25,826 bases of DNA, taken from a virus (lineage: Duplodnaviria; Caudoviricetes). The stretch spans positions 1 to 25,826 of IMG/VR virus record IMGVR_UViG_3300017777_007595. One strand, 5' to 3'. Below are positions 1-10,937 of the stretch, one piece after another. Position 1 is the first letter of the stretch, and each line of letters starts with the position of its first letter. The notes under the pieces are model-generated. The model had not been told where the DNA came from, made no database searches, and was given only the letters and a program-made list of their open reading frames with translations. Position numbers and translations under genes: made by a program.

Positions 1-3000
1 AGTACCAGGACTAATTACAGGGGTTTCTATAGTTATTGTTTTAGTTTGACCTTTTTGGATATATTCCCATGGTGGACCTTCTGGAGCTCCAGGTTCTGGG
101 GTTAGGTCTAGAAAATCCCATCCTGTAGCTGTACCTCGAATTCTAAAACCAACCTTAAGAGGAATATTATTGTTTGGAATGTTATTCCCACTATATGAAG
201 CTTGATTTATTCCAAAATTAACACTTAATGGATTAGCAGGATCAGTACTAAATACTGGAGGATTCCATTTAATAGTTATGGTAAATTTAGCTTTAAGTGA
301 ATAATTAGGAAATGTTACTGGGTTATCTATGGTAATTCTTCCTCTGTTAATGAATGAATCACCCGGATTATTAGAGGTAGGATATGCCGATTGAATTGAA
401 TTCCCACTATTTTGATATATTATATTAGTATTAAAAAGAGGAATTTGATTCCAAGTATGTGGATATTGTAATGAGTTACCTCCTCCGTTTAACTCTGGAA
501 ATTGAAATACCCAATTAATTGGATTTTCATTAATGTTATTAGGTAACCCACCACCATAACCTGTACCATATGTGAAATTATTATATCCGTATACCTCCGT
601 AGAATTATTAGTAGGGCGATTATATAAAGAGTTTTTAAGAGTGTTTGAAGTTTGATTTATACTATACTTTCCTCCAAAATATGGGGATACAGGTTGTTCA
701 CCAGGAGGTATAAATGTTAAAGTTTCTAAAAATCCGGAATTACTTCCTGTTTGTGAATATAAAATAGGTGTAGCATATTCACCTGAGCGATAGATTTTAT
801 ATTTATTATTTCCTGCGAATTGTTCGGCTGAAGAGTTTTTATCAGGATCTAGATATAAGTATCCATCTCTTTCAAATAATTGAATTTGATTATTATAAGT
901 AAAATCACTTAATGCAGGAACTTGAGTATTGATATCTTCATCAATTATATAATCTAGATTAATGATAGTTTTCTTTAATACTTCAGGAGTAGATCCTCCT
1001 TTACTTGTATAATATCCAACAAATGGCTTTAAATTTCCTGCTACTATTTCTTTACCATAACCTGTATCACCAGCAGTATATTCATTAAATTTGGCGGCTA
1101 CAGTTTTAGAACCGTTATATCTCGGAATAATATGTCTTTGTAAATTATAATAGTAATCTTGAACTTGTGCTCTAGTAGCAGTTCCATCAATTAATTGATC
1201 AAAATTGATTGGAGTTAAAGATGAACCAACAATTGGACTAGTAGAATAATCTACATCCATATAGTATTGACTTCTTCTTGCTTCAGATGCGTTACCAAAC
1301 AAAGCATTATAATCATTATTTGTAAAATTTATACTAAAATCAGGTTCTATAGCAACTAAATCTGGGGTATTTAGTTGGGCTGGTGTTTTATAATCTATTA
1401 AAAATTGGTTTATAGAAAGAGTTCTTATACTACCGGCATTAGTAGCGCTAATAACTAAAAATAATTCATCATTTTCAACTGGGAGGGAAGAATTATTAAG
1501 AGTAACAAATAAAGAAAAATTTTGATTTCCTGCTGATGTTAGAATAACTGAATCAAGTATTTCACTATCAAATATAGATTGGTTTATATTTTTTCTAAGT
1601 AAAGCAATAGTTCTTATTCCAGCATCTGTATTAGAACCAGTTCCTGCTACAATTATTGTTATATCATCTACATTTGGAGTTTTTTCAAAAACATAAGAAA
1701 AACTAGATGTATTAAAATTTCCATATCCAAAACCATCAAAATGTACATTAGATATAAATTGATATCCTTGATTTGGAGCAATCCTATTAATTGAAAAAGC
1801 ACCTAAAGTAATAAAAGGAGCACTACCCGTTATATTAGCATTTCCACTTCTTATATCATTGTCATTATTATATACATCAACTGGTATGGTAGGGGATTGT
1901 AGAAGTAGTGGACTTAAGTTATAAAGAGTACCATATGTAGGGACTGAAACTACAGTTGGTAAAATTGGATCGGATATTATATATAGGTAATAGGTAGAGT
2001 ATTGAGATATTTGTTGGATAGGGAAACTAATATTTGTAGTTCCACTTCCATTTTTCATCAAAATATTAATTTGAGTAGCTTGTCCTAATGGTACAGATAA
2101 ATCATCTCCATTAGAATTAAATTTACTTATTTTGATAAATTTATTTTTGCATTGGTTTGGTCTAAAATTAGAAGAAATTTGAATAATAGTTGTATCTATG
2201 CATTCATTGAACAAATATATTTCTCCTTGATCCGGTTCAGTATTTGAGTCTAAGAATTTTTCTTCAAAAATTATCTCATCTACAATATAATATCCATTTT
2301 GTTTTGGAGAAGGACCGGCACTATAGTTTTTATATTGCTTTCCAATATATTGAGTTACAGTATATAAATTTTCTTTAGTAGAAACATCTAAAAATGGATT
2401 AAATTGTTCTTCATAAATTTGTATGGTGGAACCACTAAATTCTCCATTGTAGAATTCATCTTGAGTAGTACGAGATTGAGTAACTAATCCTAATGGAGTT
2501 ACTATAACTTCTTCCCAACTTTGAGTAAAATCAGGAATAAAATTTCTAATAAAAGGATCTGTTCCTCCAAATTCACTGAACCCACCAGCTATACCCCCAG
2601 AAATAAAAGCAGTATCAATAGATGCTGTTTTTTCAAGTTGTTCCCAACTAGCCGCAGGTACTTGATATCTATTTCTTTCTAAAAAATGGGGTTTAATTAT
2701 CAAACCAGATGCTAAACTGGTTTTAGCAGGAACAAAATCTTTAATTAGTTTAAATAATGAATTATCAAAATATTTGATTAATCTTATATAATCATTTAAA
2801 TTATATGGATGAATATATTTACAAAAATATTCATCTCTTAATTTATTTAAATCAGGATAATTATTATTAATTGTAAATCTATATTGAGGATCTCCTATAT
2901 ATTTTCCTATATCAAAATATCCTAAAGATTCAGCTATATCATCATTAATTTCATTTTGAGGTGAAAAACCTACCTCTAAATAATTTATATCTTTAGTATA

Positions 3001-6000
3001 ACTTTGAGAAGCCTCATAATTTTGTTGTAAAGATAATGTGTTAGATAAAACTTCTCCATAAAAAGATGAAGAATTATCTTTTATTTTATTTGAATTAGGA
3101 GTTGATGAACCTACAATAGGGGTATCAACATAATAAACTTCAGTTTGGGGAATTGAATGAGTTAATCCTAGGTTATTATATATAATATCATAATTACTAT
3201 GAGAATCAGGAAGTATTATAGATAAAGACGAACTATTCCCATATAAGTAATATAAAAATGGAGTAGCATAACTTGAGGTTGCATAAATTGAAGCTTCAAC
3301 AATTAAATCAGAACTTCCATTCCAAAATGATTCTGTTATACATGAACCTGTAATTGCTGGATGGAGTGAAGTGTATGTTTCATATAAATTTAATGAAAAA
3401 TAAGGCCCATCTAATAGATTACCTAAAGGAGCCCTAAAATCAACTAAATCTTTTGAAGATCCTGATCCTTGAATAGTATTTCCTTCAACAGATTTAGGAT
3501 TCATTACATAATCATCAAAAGTAGCCTCGCTTATAGGATTTCCATAATATCTAAATTCTTGAAATGAACCAGAAAATAAATTATCAGGTGGTATAATATT
3601 AGAAATTCCATTAGAGTAACCACCTAAATAGGTACCAAAAGGAACAAAAGGTGTTACATAAAAGGAAAAATTATTCCAAGAAGTATTATATGAGGATGAG
3701 ATAGAACCATTTATAGTAATAGAACTAGAACCTTGAAATCCTATTTTATAACCATCAACACCATCATATATTTTATTTTTAGCGTATAAAGTATAAGTAA
3801 TATTTTGATTATCTTCACCACTAGCAGAAACATGAGAATTTCTTTTTAGCATTATACTCCACCAACCACCATCAAAGAAAGGTAAAGATATTTCAGGAGA
3901 TGAAAAATAACCTTCATTCCCATTCATAATTAGCTTTAAACTACCATATTCTTTACTTTCACTAGGAATTGAACCAGAATAAGATCCACTAAGATATCCT
4001 GAACCTGTATAAGTTAAAAATACTCCAAAATCAAATCCATTATCTAAATAAGTAGTCTTTTTTAAGAGTATATTTTGAGTTAAAGGAGAAGTTTCAGGAA
4101 TACCTTCAGTTTTAAATCTTAAAGCAATAGTATCAGGTAATATTACTTGTTGAGAATTATAAAAATTTCTTAATAAAGGTAACCAAGGAATTAAAGGTTG
4201 TGCTTTATTTTGAGTGTTAAAAGCATAAGAAAAATAATTATACCAATAATCCCAATCATTTACATTAGTTTTATCTTTACCTCCATATTCAACCATTCTT
4301 AATAAGGTATCTGGGATACCATATAGAGTAATAAGAGTTCTTAATCCTTCTAAAGTACCTTTAGTTTTTAGTAAATAAGGTAAATTATGATAAATTCTTT
4401 TATAAATTTCTTTATTTAAGTCTTCAACAGGAAATAAAGATCCTGTAGCCGAGGCTGTTATGAATGTATCTATGTACTCATATCCTACTGGAGGGGGTAA
4501 AGTAGTAGAAGCATTGGAAATATTGTATAAACTTCCTGAGGGAGTAATTCCTAATAATGAAGAATATAAATCATTAGTTGAAAAATTATTTTGATATATT
4601 TTAAGACCAAAATCTCTTAATATATTAGCAACTAAATCTTTAGAAACTCCATAATCTAATCTATTATCAGCATTGTATTTATTAGTTATATCCTTTATAT
4701 AAATCCAAACATTATCAAAATGTTGTCCTAACATTTCAACAAATAACTGCATTTTAGAATTATTTGAATCTTCTACTAAATATGAAGGAATAGAATTTAA
4801 TAAATAATCTTTATTTTCAGAATCATAATCTTCTGCTACTATTGATTGGGTTTCTAACCAACTAACAGAAATAGGATCAGTTGTAGTTAAATTAATATAA
4901 GGATAAGTAGAATTAGATTTTGGAAATGCTGTACTACCTGATTCATAATAAAGATAATATTCATAACCATCAAAATTAGTTATAACATCATTTATTTTAT
5001 TTAACCATATATCATAACTTTTAGAAACATAAGTATTAGTAGTAGTATTTAACGATAAACTACTATTTGCTTGATATTGTTCTATTAAAGTTAATTTTAT
5101 AACAAAGTTTTCTAATCTAGTTTTTGCTGAGGAAAAATGGATGAAATTAGAATAATCAGAATAATCAACATTAATTTCTATTCCTTTTTCGGCTAAAATA
5201 CTATCTAATTGATATTTTAGACTTCCTGTTCCTAAGGTTGAAGTATTTGTAAGTAAAGAATTATAACTTGTAAATTCTGTTGAATTATTTACTTTATCAT
5301 CAACAACCAAATTTAAGTTAGGTCCTTTTATTTGAATATTTTCATCTCCAAAATCAAATATTAATTGAATATCTATTTGATATGCTAATGATTCTGCTAT
5401 TTTATCAGTTACCCATAATTCTGATTTTAAATCAAATTCTGCAGGTAATGGTTCATAAAGTTTTATTAAAACAGTAGGATCATTAGGATTAGAATCATCT
5501 AATAAAACATTGGTAGCAATAATTAATTTATCATCTCCAAAATTTAAATAGAAATCAGGATAAGACCCTTGAGAATAAAATATTTGATTAGTTAATCTGT
5601 TAGCTTCAAAAACTAATATATTATTAGCTATTTGATTAGTATTTAATCTTATTTCTGTTCTATCAGAACTTATTTCTTGAATAAAGAATCTTGAAACAAA
5701 TGAAGAACCTAATAAATTAGAAACAAAATTATATTTAGTAATGTATTGTCCTTCAGTAAATCCTTCATTTTCTAAATTTAATTGAGGATCAATATTGATA
5801 TTACTATCAAGTATAGAATAATTAGGATAAAATGCATTATAAGCAAGAACATTTTTATTTAAATCAAAAACTAAATACTCAACAGTATCTATATTAGGAT
5901 CAAAAGAAACTTCAACCTCAGAATTTGATATTAAACCCTGGTCTGAAGTAGAATAATTTTGAAATTCTAAAGTATTAGGATCTAATGTTTGTATATTGAC

Positions 6001-6012
6001 TATTTTATCCAT
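1..6012 (-). CDS. Giant virion baseplate protein, >2004 aa, truncated at the left edge; gp7/P2 gpI-like wedge segment plus LamG/ConA-like domain
   Basis: ATG at 6012 overlaps the upstream stop (ATGGATAA) and reads MDKIVNIQTLDPNTLEFQNYS. The frame is open in every stretch I translated, down to base 1, and the track lists no terminated ORF here. Motifs: EIYKRIYHNLPYLLKTKGTLEGLRTLITLYGIP (~4255-4410), LPFFDGGWWSIMLKR and FSGSFQEFRYY (LamG-like, ~3540-3890), LIKDFVPAKTSLASGLIIKPHFLER (~2675-2750). Located in the baseplate operon. Confidence 0.85.
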   Translation of the reverse strand, partial: MDKIVNIQTLDPNTLEFQNYSTSDQGLISNSEVEVSFDPNIDTVEYLVFDLNKNVLAYNAFYPNYSILDSNINIDPQLNLENEGFTEGQYITKYNFVSNLLGSSFVSRFFIQEISSDRTEIRLNTNQIANNILVFEANRLTNQIFYSQGSYPDFYLNFGDDKLIIATNVLLDDSNPNDPTVLIKLYEPLPAEFDLKSELWVTDKIAESLAYQIDIQLIFDFGDENIQIKGPNLNLVVDDKVNNSTEFTSYNSLLTNTSTLGTGSLKYQLDSILAEKGIEINVDYSDYSNFIHFSSAKTRLENFVIKLTLIEQYQANSSLSLNTTTNTYVSKSYDIWLNKINDVITNFDGYEYYLYYESGSTAFPKSNSTYPYINLTTTDPISVSWLETQSIVAEDYDSENKDYLLNSIPSYLVEDSNNSKMQLFVEMLGQHFDNVWIYIKDITNKYNADNRLDYGVSKDLVANILRDFGLKIYQNNFSTNDLYSSLLGITPSGSLYNISNASTTLPPPVGYEYIDTFITASATGSLFPVEDLNKEIYKRIYHNLPYLLKTKGTLEGLRTLITLYGIPDTLLRMVEYGGKDKTNVNDWDYWYNYFSYAFNTQNKAQPLIPWLPLLRNFYNSQQVILPDTIALRFKTEGIPETSPLTQNILLKKTTYLDNGFDFGVFLTYTGSGYLSGSYSGSIPSESKEYGSLKLIMNGNEGYFSSPEISLPFFDGGWWSIMLKRNSHVSASGEDNQNITYTLYAKNKIYDGVDGYKIGFQGSSSITINGSISSSYNTSWNNFSFYVTPFVPFGTYLGGYSNGISNIIPPDNLFSGSFQEFRYYGNPISEATFDDYVMNPKSVEGNTIQGSGSSKDLVDFRAPLGNLLDGPYFSLNLYETYTSLHPAITGSCITESFWNGSSDLIVEASIYATSSYATPFLYYLYGNSSSLSIILPDSHSNYDIIYNNLGLTHSIPQTEVYYVDTPIVGSSTPNSNKIKDNSSSFYGEVLSNTLSLQQNYEASQSYTKDINYLEVGFSPQNEINDDIAESLGYFDIGKYIGDPQYRFTINNNYPDLNKLRDEYFCKYIHPYNLNDYIRLIKYFDNSLFKLIKDFVPAKTSLASGLIIKPHFLERNRYQVPAASWEQLEKTASIDTAFISGGIAGGFSEFGGTDPFIRNFIPDFTQSWEEVIVTPLGLVTQSRTTQDEFYNGEFSGSTIQIYEEQFNPFLDVSTKENLYTVTQYIGKQYKNYSAGPSPKQNGYYIVDEIIFEEKFLDSNTEPDQGEIYLFNECIDTTIIQISSNFRPNQCKNKFIKISKFNSNGDDLSVPLGQATQINILMKNGSGTTNISFPIQQISQYSTYYLYIISDPILPTVVSVPTYGTLYNLSPLLLQSPTIPVDVYNNDNDIRSGNANITGSAPFITLGAFSINRIAPNQGYQFISNVHFDGFGYGNFNTSSFSYVFEKTPNVDDITIIVAGTGSNTDAGIRTIALLRKNINQSIFDSEILDSVILTSAGNQNFSLFVTLNNSSLPVENDELFLVISATNAGSIRTLSINQFLIDYKTPAQLNTPDLVAIEPDFSINFTNNDYNALFGNASEARRSQYYMDVDYSTSPIVGSSLTPINFDQLIDGTATRAQVQDYYYNLQRHIIPRYNGSKTVAAKFNEYTAGDTGYGKEIVAGNLKPFVGYYTSKGGSTPEVLKKTIINLDYIIDEDINTQVPALSDFTYNNQIQLFERDGYLYLDPDKNSSAEQFAGNNKYKIYRSGEYATPILYSQTGSNSGFLETLTFIPPGEQPVSPYFGGKYSINQTSNTLKNSLYNRPTNNSTEVYGYNNFTYGTGYGGGLPNNINENPINWVFQFPELNGGGNSLQYPHTWNQIPLFNTNIIYQNSGNSIQSAYPTSNNPGDSFINRGRITIDNPVTFPNYSLKAKFTITIKWNPPVFSTDPANPLSVNFGINQASYSGNNIPNNNIPLKVGFRIRGTATGWDFLDLTPEPGAPEGPPWEYIQKGQTKTITIETPVISPGT

Positions 6013-6349
6013 TATTAGTTACTGCATTGACTAATTGTTGATTAAGTTCTAAATTGGCTTGCCTTAATGAAGTAATTTCATTAATCAAGGCTTGAATCTC
6101 TTCATTTTGAGCTTCAGTAGTACCTATATATTCAGAACTTGTTTTTACAAGATATTCATGTGAATTGGATTCTCCAAATTTAGGTATTAAATAAAACAGT
6201 TCTTGGTAATATTGAAAAAACTGTTCTACTGAAATTGATGGGCCTGTAGGTTCAGTTTCTGGGGGTGAAACTAATTGGGTGAAAGAGGTATCAATTACTT
6301 TTTTGTATTGATTATCAGAAAAAATTTGTTTATTTAGATTTATCTGCAT
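6005..6349 (-). CDS. Hypothetical protein in the virion module, with C-terminal coiled coil
   Basis: 114-aa ORF tightly packed between baseplate genes; heptad-like tail IQALINEITSLRQANLELNQQL. Confidence 0.8.
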   Translation of the reverse strand: MQINLNKQIFSDNQYKKVIDTSFTQLVSPPETEPTGPSISVEQFFQYYQELFYLIPKFGESNSHEYLVKTSSEYIGTTEAQNEEIQALINEITSLRQANLELNQQLVNAVTNNG

Positions 6350-6351
6350 TA

Positions 6352-7473
6352 TTACCCGTTTACAACTTTAAAATAATAATTATCTTCAAAAATTTGGGTT
6401 GCTCCTCCAAACATAGTTTTTATTAGAATTTCATAATATCTTTCAGGTTGTAACCCATTCATATATAATGTAAAATAAGAACCATATTCATCAGCACTTA
6501 ATTGAGTATATTGATCATCAAAATCTATAATATATTCATTTGTATATAAATCTTTTATAGCATAATATGATGCTGTAGGAAGATAATAGTTAGTTAAATA
6601 TAATGATGCTGTTTGAAATACTCTTGGGGGATATGTTGGTCTGCAGTTTATTCTAAATTTATTAACACTGCTTGGATAAAACACTCCAGGATTTTCAGCT
6701 ATATTAACTGTTATTTCTTGAGTGTTTATAAAAGTATTAGTTGAAGATCCTGTATTAAAATTATAATCTCTCCATCTAAATTCTAAACAAGGTGGATAAA
6801 TAGTATGGGTATCAACAGAAAAATATTTAATTTCAGGTTGTATATCTACATCATAAATAAATTCGGTTTGTTGTTTACAGATAAAACCATTGTTATTTAT
6901 TAAACTTTGACTCCAAACTGTTATAATGTTTTTAACGTTCATCGATAAATCTTTATCGGAAGCGTAATTAAATAATTGAGATGCGCTTATAGACGCTGTA
7001 AAACCGCTAGAAGACAAATTATAATACCATGTACCGCCACCAACAGAAGATGAATAAGATGCTGTTACGCCTGTTGGAAATGAACTAGTTAACCAGGCAT
7101 TACTACCTTCAAAAGATCTATATTGCCAACTAACTCCATTTGTAACTCTTGGGCTATCTAGATATCTGCCAGTACCCATATTCCAAGAACCATATACTGG
7201 ATATAATTCTAATGTAGTAGATAGATTTAGCCCTTCAATATTGGCTATAAAACATTTTAAATAAGAATCCCAAGATGAAGTACCTATTTTATTAGTTAAT
7301 ACCTCATTAATTTCATCAGTTGAAAATTGAATTAAGAATCTACTAGCTTGAGCATCTTCTAATCCAGAAACTTTTAAAGAGGCTTCTAATATTTCATCTA
7401 ATCCTGTATTTTGAGTAGGATATTCAGAATATAATGTTGCATCTTGAGTAGGGAATAGTCTATAGAAGGCCAT
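6352..7473 (-). CDS. Putative virion protein with a DNRLRE/CBM96-like beta-sandwich domain
   Basis: DATLYSEYPTQNTG...SRFLIQF...W-x-MGTG...VSW pattern resembles DNRLRE-type domains; preceded by the ATATTTAT motif. Confidence 0.6.
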   Translation of the reverse strand: MAFYRLFPTQDATLYSEYPTQNTGLDEILEASLKVSGLEDAQASRFLIQFSTDEINEVLTNKIGTSSWDSYLKCFIANIEGLNLSTTLELYPVYGSWNMGTGRYLDSPRVTNGVSWQYRSFEGSNAWLTSSFPTGVTASYSSSVGGGTWYYNLSSSGFTASISASQLFNYASDKDLSMNVKNIITVWSQSLINNNGFICKQQTEFIYDVDIQPEIKYFSVDTHTIYPPCLEFRWRDYNFNTGSSTNTFINTQEITVNIAENPGVFYPSSVNKFRINCRPTYPPRVFQTASLYLTNYYLPTASYYAIKDLYTNEYIIDFDDQYTQLSADEYGSYFTLYMNGLQPERYYEILIKTMFGGATQIFEDNYYFKVVNG

Positions 7474-7508
7474 TTTTTATAATAAATATTATAAGATAAA
7501 AAGGCTTA

Positions 7509-9368
7509 TTAAAAAGAAACAACTCTACCCAAAATATCAGTATCAGGGTATTTTACTTCAAAAACACATGGATCTAATGAAGGATAAACAATATTATTTA
7601 ATGTTGCACCTGAGATATCATAAGCATATTTAGAATAACCTAAGTTTTCTCCGACTTTATTATTAATAGAAACACTTTTAACTGTTTGAACTCCTGCTAT
7701 TTTATCTAATAAAATAAAAATATTTTTTAATATAATAGGTTGATTAATTTGCCATTTATCAATAGAAAAATAATCTTTTAAAGCAGAAATGCAATTTATT
7801 AAAACTTCATTATTATTATAATCAGGAAGAGTAATTATTTCAAAACTTACCCCAATGTTAACTATAAATGCATCTTTTACATTAACGACATCATTTATCA
7901 TTCTATATTTAGATAAATAAGTTATTAAATTTTGTTTTAATGCTGGGGTAGCTGTATTTAATTGTTTAAATTGGTTTTGTGATAAAATATATAGATCTAA
8001 TATAGCATTAGTTTCTCCTGAAAATGAGGGAGTAATTTTAGTAGGTTCGATATAAGCTTTTGAAATAACTCCATATCTTGGAGGTAAGGATAGTGATCTT
8101 ACTAGATAATCATCTTGAGTAACATTTCGTAATTGAGTAGCAAAATTAGAAATAGTATTTTGTCTAATTTCTTCTACTGTATCTCCATCACCACCACCAT
8201 CAGCTGCAGAAGGATTAGTTACTGCTAATGAATCGAAAATTTGTTGGGCTAATGTTGGGTCTAAATTACTTTTCATAAAAGTAGCATTACCAACAAAATT
8301 AACTAAAGTATTAGCAGATACATTTGATGAAGCTCCTCCTCCTGTTAGATATCTAAATATTACTGTAGTATCTGAGGGAGCAATACCATATGTTTTTGTA
8401 AAAACAAAATTATTAGGTGCGTATGCTGTAGTTAGTTTGGTTTTTTCAAATGGTAAACCTAAACCAACATTATCAGGATTAGGAATAATTTCTTCATCAG
8501 AATCTGATGTATTTCCTGCACCAAATTGAATTTGTAATGAACCAGAATCAATAAATCTAGTGGCAAATCTTCTTTGAATCTGTTTTAATTTTAATAAAAA
8601 AGGAACTTCATTCCCATTATTATAAAAATTAGGATCATTTGTATTAGTATTTTTTATAGAATCATAAATAGTATCTTGAGCTAAATAATCTACTTCATAC
8701 CATTCATTCCCATCACTATCAGTAGCATCTAATATTCCTATTAATCTATCCGCGGGTAAATTAATTGTAGTAAATCTTTGAGGTTCTGTAAAAGAATAAG
8801 AAGTAGTATTAATAGTAGCTGAAATTGCTGGTTTTGATTTTTTTAATAAAAAATAAGTAGGGTTTCCGGAACCATCTATTTCATATATAGTTACTTCTGT
8901 GGGGTCAGTAGAACTTGAATAAGAAAAATCAATAGCATCACCTACCAAAAATGAAATTTTATTAATATCAGAAGATTGAACCGATGAATTTTCAGCTATA
9001 TATAAAGCATAATCAAAATCAGGAACATAAGAACCACCAGATATTTTTGAAGGAACAATTTGGTAAAAATCAATAGTTGTTGAGGCAGCACTAGTTACAC
9101 TTGGTTTATAACCAAACATATATGCTAATTCAAATAGATTATTGGTTTGACGGGCAAATTGTAAAAAAGTTTCTTGAAATTGATTATCTTGATAAAATGA
9201 TAAAACATCTCCTACATAAGATGCTTGTTCCATAAATAACATCCCTGGGGATGAAGGACTAAAATCATTATATGTAGTAGCAAAATAAGTTTTAGCATAA
9301 TTTATAAGAGAATTTCTAAATTCGCTAAAATCTTTATTTATATATTTAATGTCTTTGTTATTTGCCAT
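7509..9368 (-). CDS. Baseplate wedge subunit (T4 gp6 / baseplate J-like)
   Basis: Motifs NKDFSEFRNSLINY, DFSPSSPGMLFME, IQFGAG, RYLTGGG..SNV and GGGDGDTVEEIRQN...QLRNVTQDDY; directly downstream of the gp25-like gene. Start placed at ATG 9368 (MANNKDIK) rather than 9377. Confidence 0.88.
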   Translation of the reverse strand: MANNKDIKYINKDFSEFRNSLINYAKTYFATTYNDFSPSSPGMLFMEQASYVGDVLSFYQDNQFQETFLQFARQTNNLFELAYMFGYKPSVTSAASTTIDFYQIVPSKISGGSYVPDFDYALYIAENSSVQSSDINKISFLVGDAIDFSYSSSTDPTEVTIYEIDGSGNPTYFLLKKSKPAISATINTTSYSFTEPQRFTTINLPADRLIGILDATDSDGNEWYEVDYLAQDTIYDSIKNTNTNDPNFYNNGNEVPFLLKLKQIQRRFATRFIDSGSLQIQFGAGNTSDSDEEIIPNPDNVGLGLPFEKTKLTTAYAPNNFVFTKTYGIAPSDTTVIFRYLTGGGASSNVSANTLVNFVGNATFMKSNLDPTLAQQIFDSLAVTNPSAADGGGDGDTVEEIRQNTISNFATQLRNVTQDDYLVRSLSLPPRYGVISKAYIEPTKITPSFSGETNAILDLYILSQNQFKQLNTATPALKQNLITYLSKYRMINDVVNVKDAFIVNIGVSFEIITLPDYNNNEVLINCISALKDYFSIDKWQINQPIILKNIFILLDKIAGVQTVKSVSINNKVGENLGYSKYAYDISGATLNNIVYPSLDPCVFEVKYPDTDILGRVVSF

Positions 9369-9369
9369 T

Positions 9370-9777
9370 TTATTCAAAAGCTATTTCAATTTGGTCAGTT
9401 ATTCCTGTATCTTTTATATTGTAGTATAAATTAACAAATACTTGATTTTGGTCAGTCTCTGAGGTTACTTCTAAAGAAGTAACAGTGATACTGGGGAAAT
9501 ATAGAGCTATTTTAGATTGTATATCTTCTTTTAGAAAATCTAAATTTCCTGTGGTAATTTGTTCAAAAATAAAAGCTCTTAATCCTCCACCATATAATGC
9601 ATTTAAATATCTTTCTCCAGGATTAGTAAGAAAAAAATTGATTAAATTATTTCTTATGGCATCTTTAGTAGTATAAGTAGAATTAAATACAGCATCCCCA
9701 TTAAAAGGAATACTAATTCCTACTGCTACACTAGGTTTAGTGTCTATTGGAAATATCTTTTTAGCACCAAAAGCCAT
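9370..9777 (-). CDS. Baseplate wedge protein, gp25/GPW family
   Basis: AIRNNLINFFLTNPGERYLNALYGGGLRAFIFEQ matches the gp25 signature (T-x-x-GER...G); 135 aa. Confidence 0.9.
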   Translation of the reverse strand: MAFGAKKIFPIDTKPSVAVGISIPFNGDAVFNSTYTTKDAIRNNLINFFLTNPGERYLNALYGGGLRAFIFEQITTGNLDFLKEDIQSKIALYFPSITVTSLEVTSETDQNQVFVNLYYNIKDTGITDQIEIAFE

Positions 9778-10133
9778 TATTTATTCATCAAATTCATTAT
9801 TTGGTCTAAACCTACACTACCCTCAGGTAAAGAACCATTAACTGGATCAATAGAACGAGGGCTAAAAGTATTTAGATCTTGGGTAGTTTTTTTATGAGTA
9901 GAAGAAAACCCATTAGACATTTCAGAAATCATATTTCCAAATAATGATCTACGTTCCTCAGAAGTTAATACTTTCGGATTTTCAATATGAGGTTGGGAAT
10001 ATGTATCTCTTGAAGATTCATTAACTACTGTTTTGGGAGCTCTAACAGCCTCTAAAAGTAAACTTTTCATTTCTTCTTGAAATACTTCTCTAACTGCTTC
10101 TTTAATAAGTTGTTTAAATACAGACGTTTTCAT
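9777..10133 (-). CDS. Hypothetical phage protein
   Basis: 118 aa; N-terminus FKQLIKEAVREVFQEE; 1-nt overlap with the gp25-like start; ATATTTAT 6 nt upstream. Confidence 0.8.
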   Translation of the reverse strand: MKTSVFKQLIKEAVREVFQEEMKSLLLEAVRAPKTVVNESSRDTYSQPHIENPKVLTSEERRSLFGNMISEMSNGFSSTHKKTTQDLNTFSPRSIDPVNGSLPEGSVGLDQIMNLMNK

Positions 10134-10155
10134 ATGATTATAAATATTATAAATT

Positions 10156-10929
10156 TTAATTTGCTATTAAACCTTTACTGTCAATTAAAAACTTTAATTC
10201 TTCTATCAAAATTTTAGGATTATTAGTAAATGATGGAGTTGTTTTTAATAAAATTATACCTTGAGAATTTTTTGCTACGGCGTATCTTCTAGTAATAGAT
10301 AAATCAAGATTTTCTTCTTCAATAACTTCAAATGTAAATCCTTTATAAGCTAAATCAACAACATTTTGTTTAGAATTTTTTATTTCCTGAACTTGACTTA
10401 ATAATTCAGTATCAACTGAGGGAAGAGAACCAGCAATACCTAGTTCATTTTTACATTTATTAATTAGTATATCTAATAATTCTAATTGGGCTAAAATTTG
10501 ATCAATTGTAGAAATAATATAATCTAAAATAGAATCTAAAGAATCTAATTGAACTTCTGTTTGTTTTAATAAAGTTTTAGCAACTTCTAATCCATCACTA
10601 GCTGTTGTTATTACTCCTATAGGAATACCAATACCTGGAGGAGCAGAGGTAGGGATAGGAAGTAATTTAATAACACTGATAGCTGTTTTTAAAGGAGGTA
10701 TTATTATATCTAAAGGATTTACTATGGATCTTATAGTATTAATTGTTGTCTTAAGTGAATTTAAAGAATTTACTATTTGATTTCTAGTATTAATAATTTG
10801 TAATAGTTGAGGTTGAGTAGGACATTTATCTTTTAATTTAGCTATTTCTGAGGAAATAGTAGATAAAGCTCTATCTTTTAGAGTAGCTACTTTTTTAATT
10901 AATATTTGGGATAAAGATGTTAAACTCAT
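10156..10929 (-). CDS. Hypothetical helical/coiled-coil protein in the virion module
   Basis: 257 aa; long amphipathic helices around a LPIPTSAPPGIGIPIG turn. Confidence 0.75.
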   Translation of the reverse strand: MSLTSLSQILIKKVATLKDRALSTISSEIAKLKDKCPTQPQLLQIINTRNQIVNSLNSLKTTINTIRSIVNPLDIIIPPLKTAISVIKLLPIPTSAPPGIGIPIGVITTASDGLEVAKTLLKQTEVQLDSLDSILDYIISTIDQILAQLELLDILINKCKNELGIAGSLPSVDTELLSQVQEIKNSKQNVVDLAYKGFTFEVIEEENLDLSITRRYAVAKNSQGIILLKTTPSFTNNPKILIEELKFLIDSKGLIAN

Positions 10930-10937
10930 AATATTAA

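Noticed and set aside
1-6004. Apparent 6-kb non-coding region, or a sign of stop-codon recoding
   Set aside because: It is one standard-code ORF running off the window. TAA, TAG (22493) and TGA (14955, 14695) all serve as stops at tight gene boundaries, and neither tRNA is a suppressor.
9485-9676. + strand 63-aa ORF
   Set aside because: Antisense shadow of the gp25-like gene.
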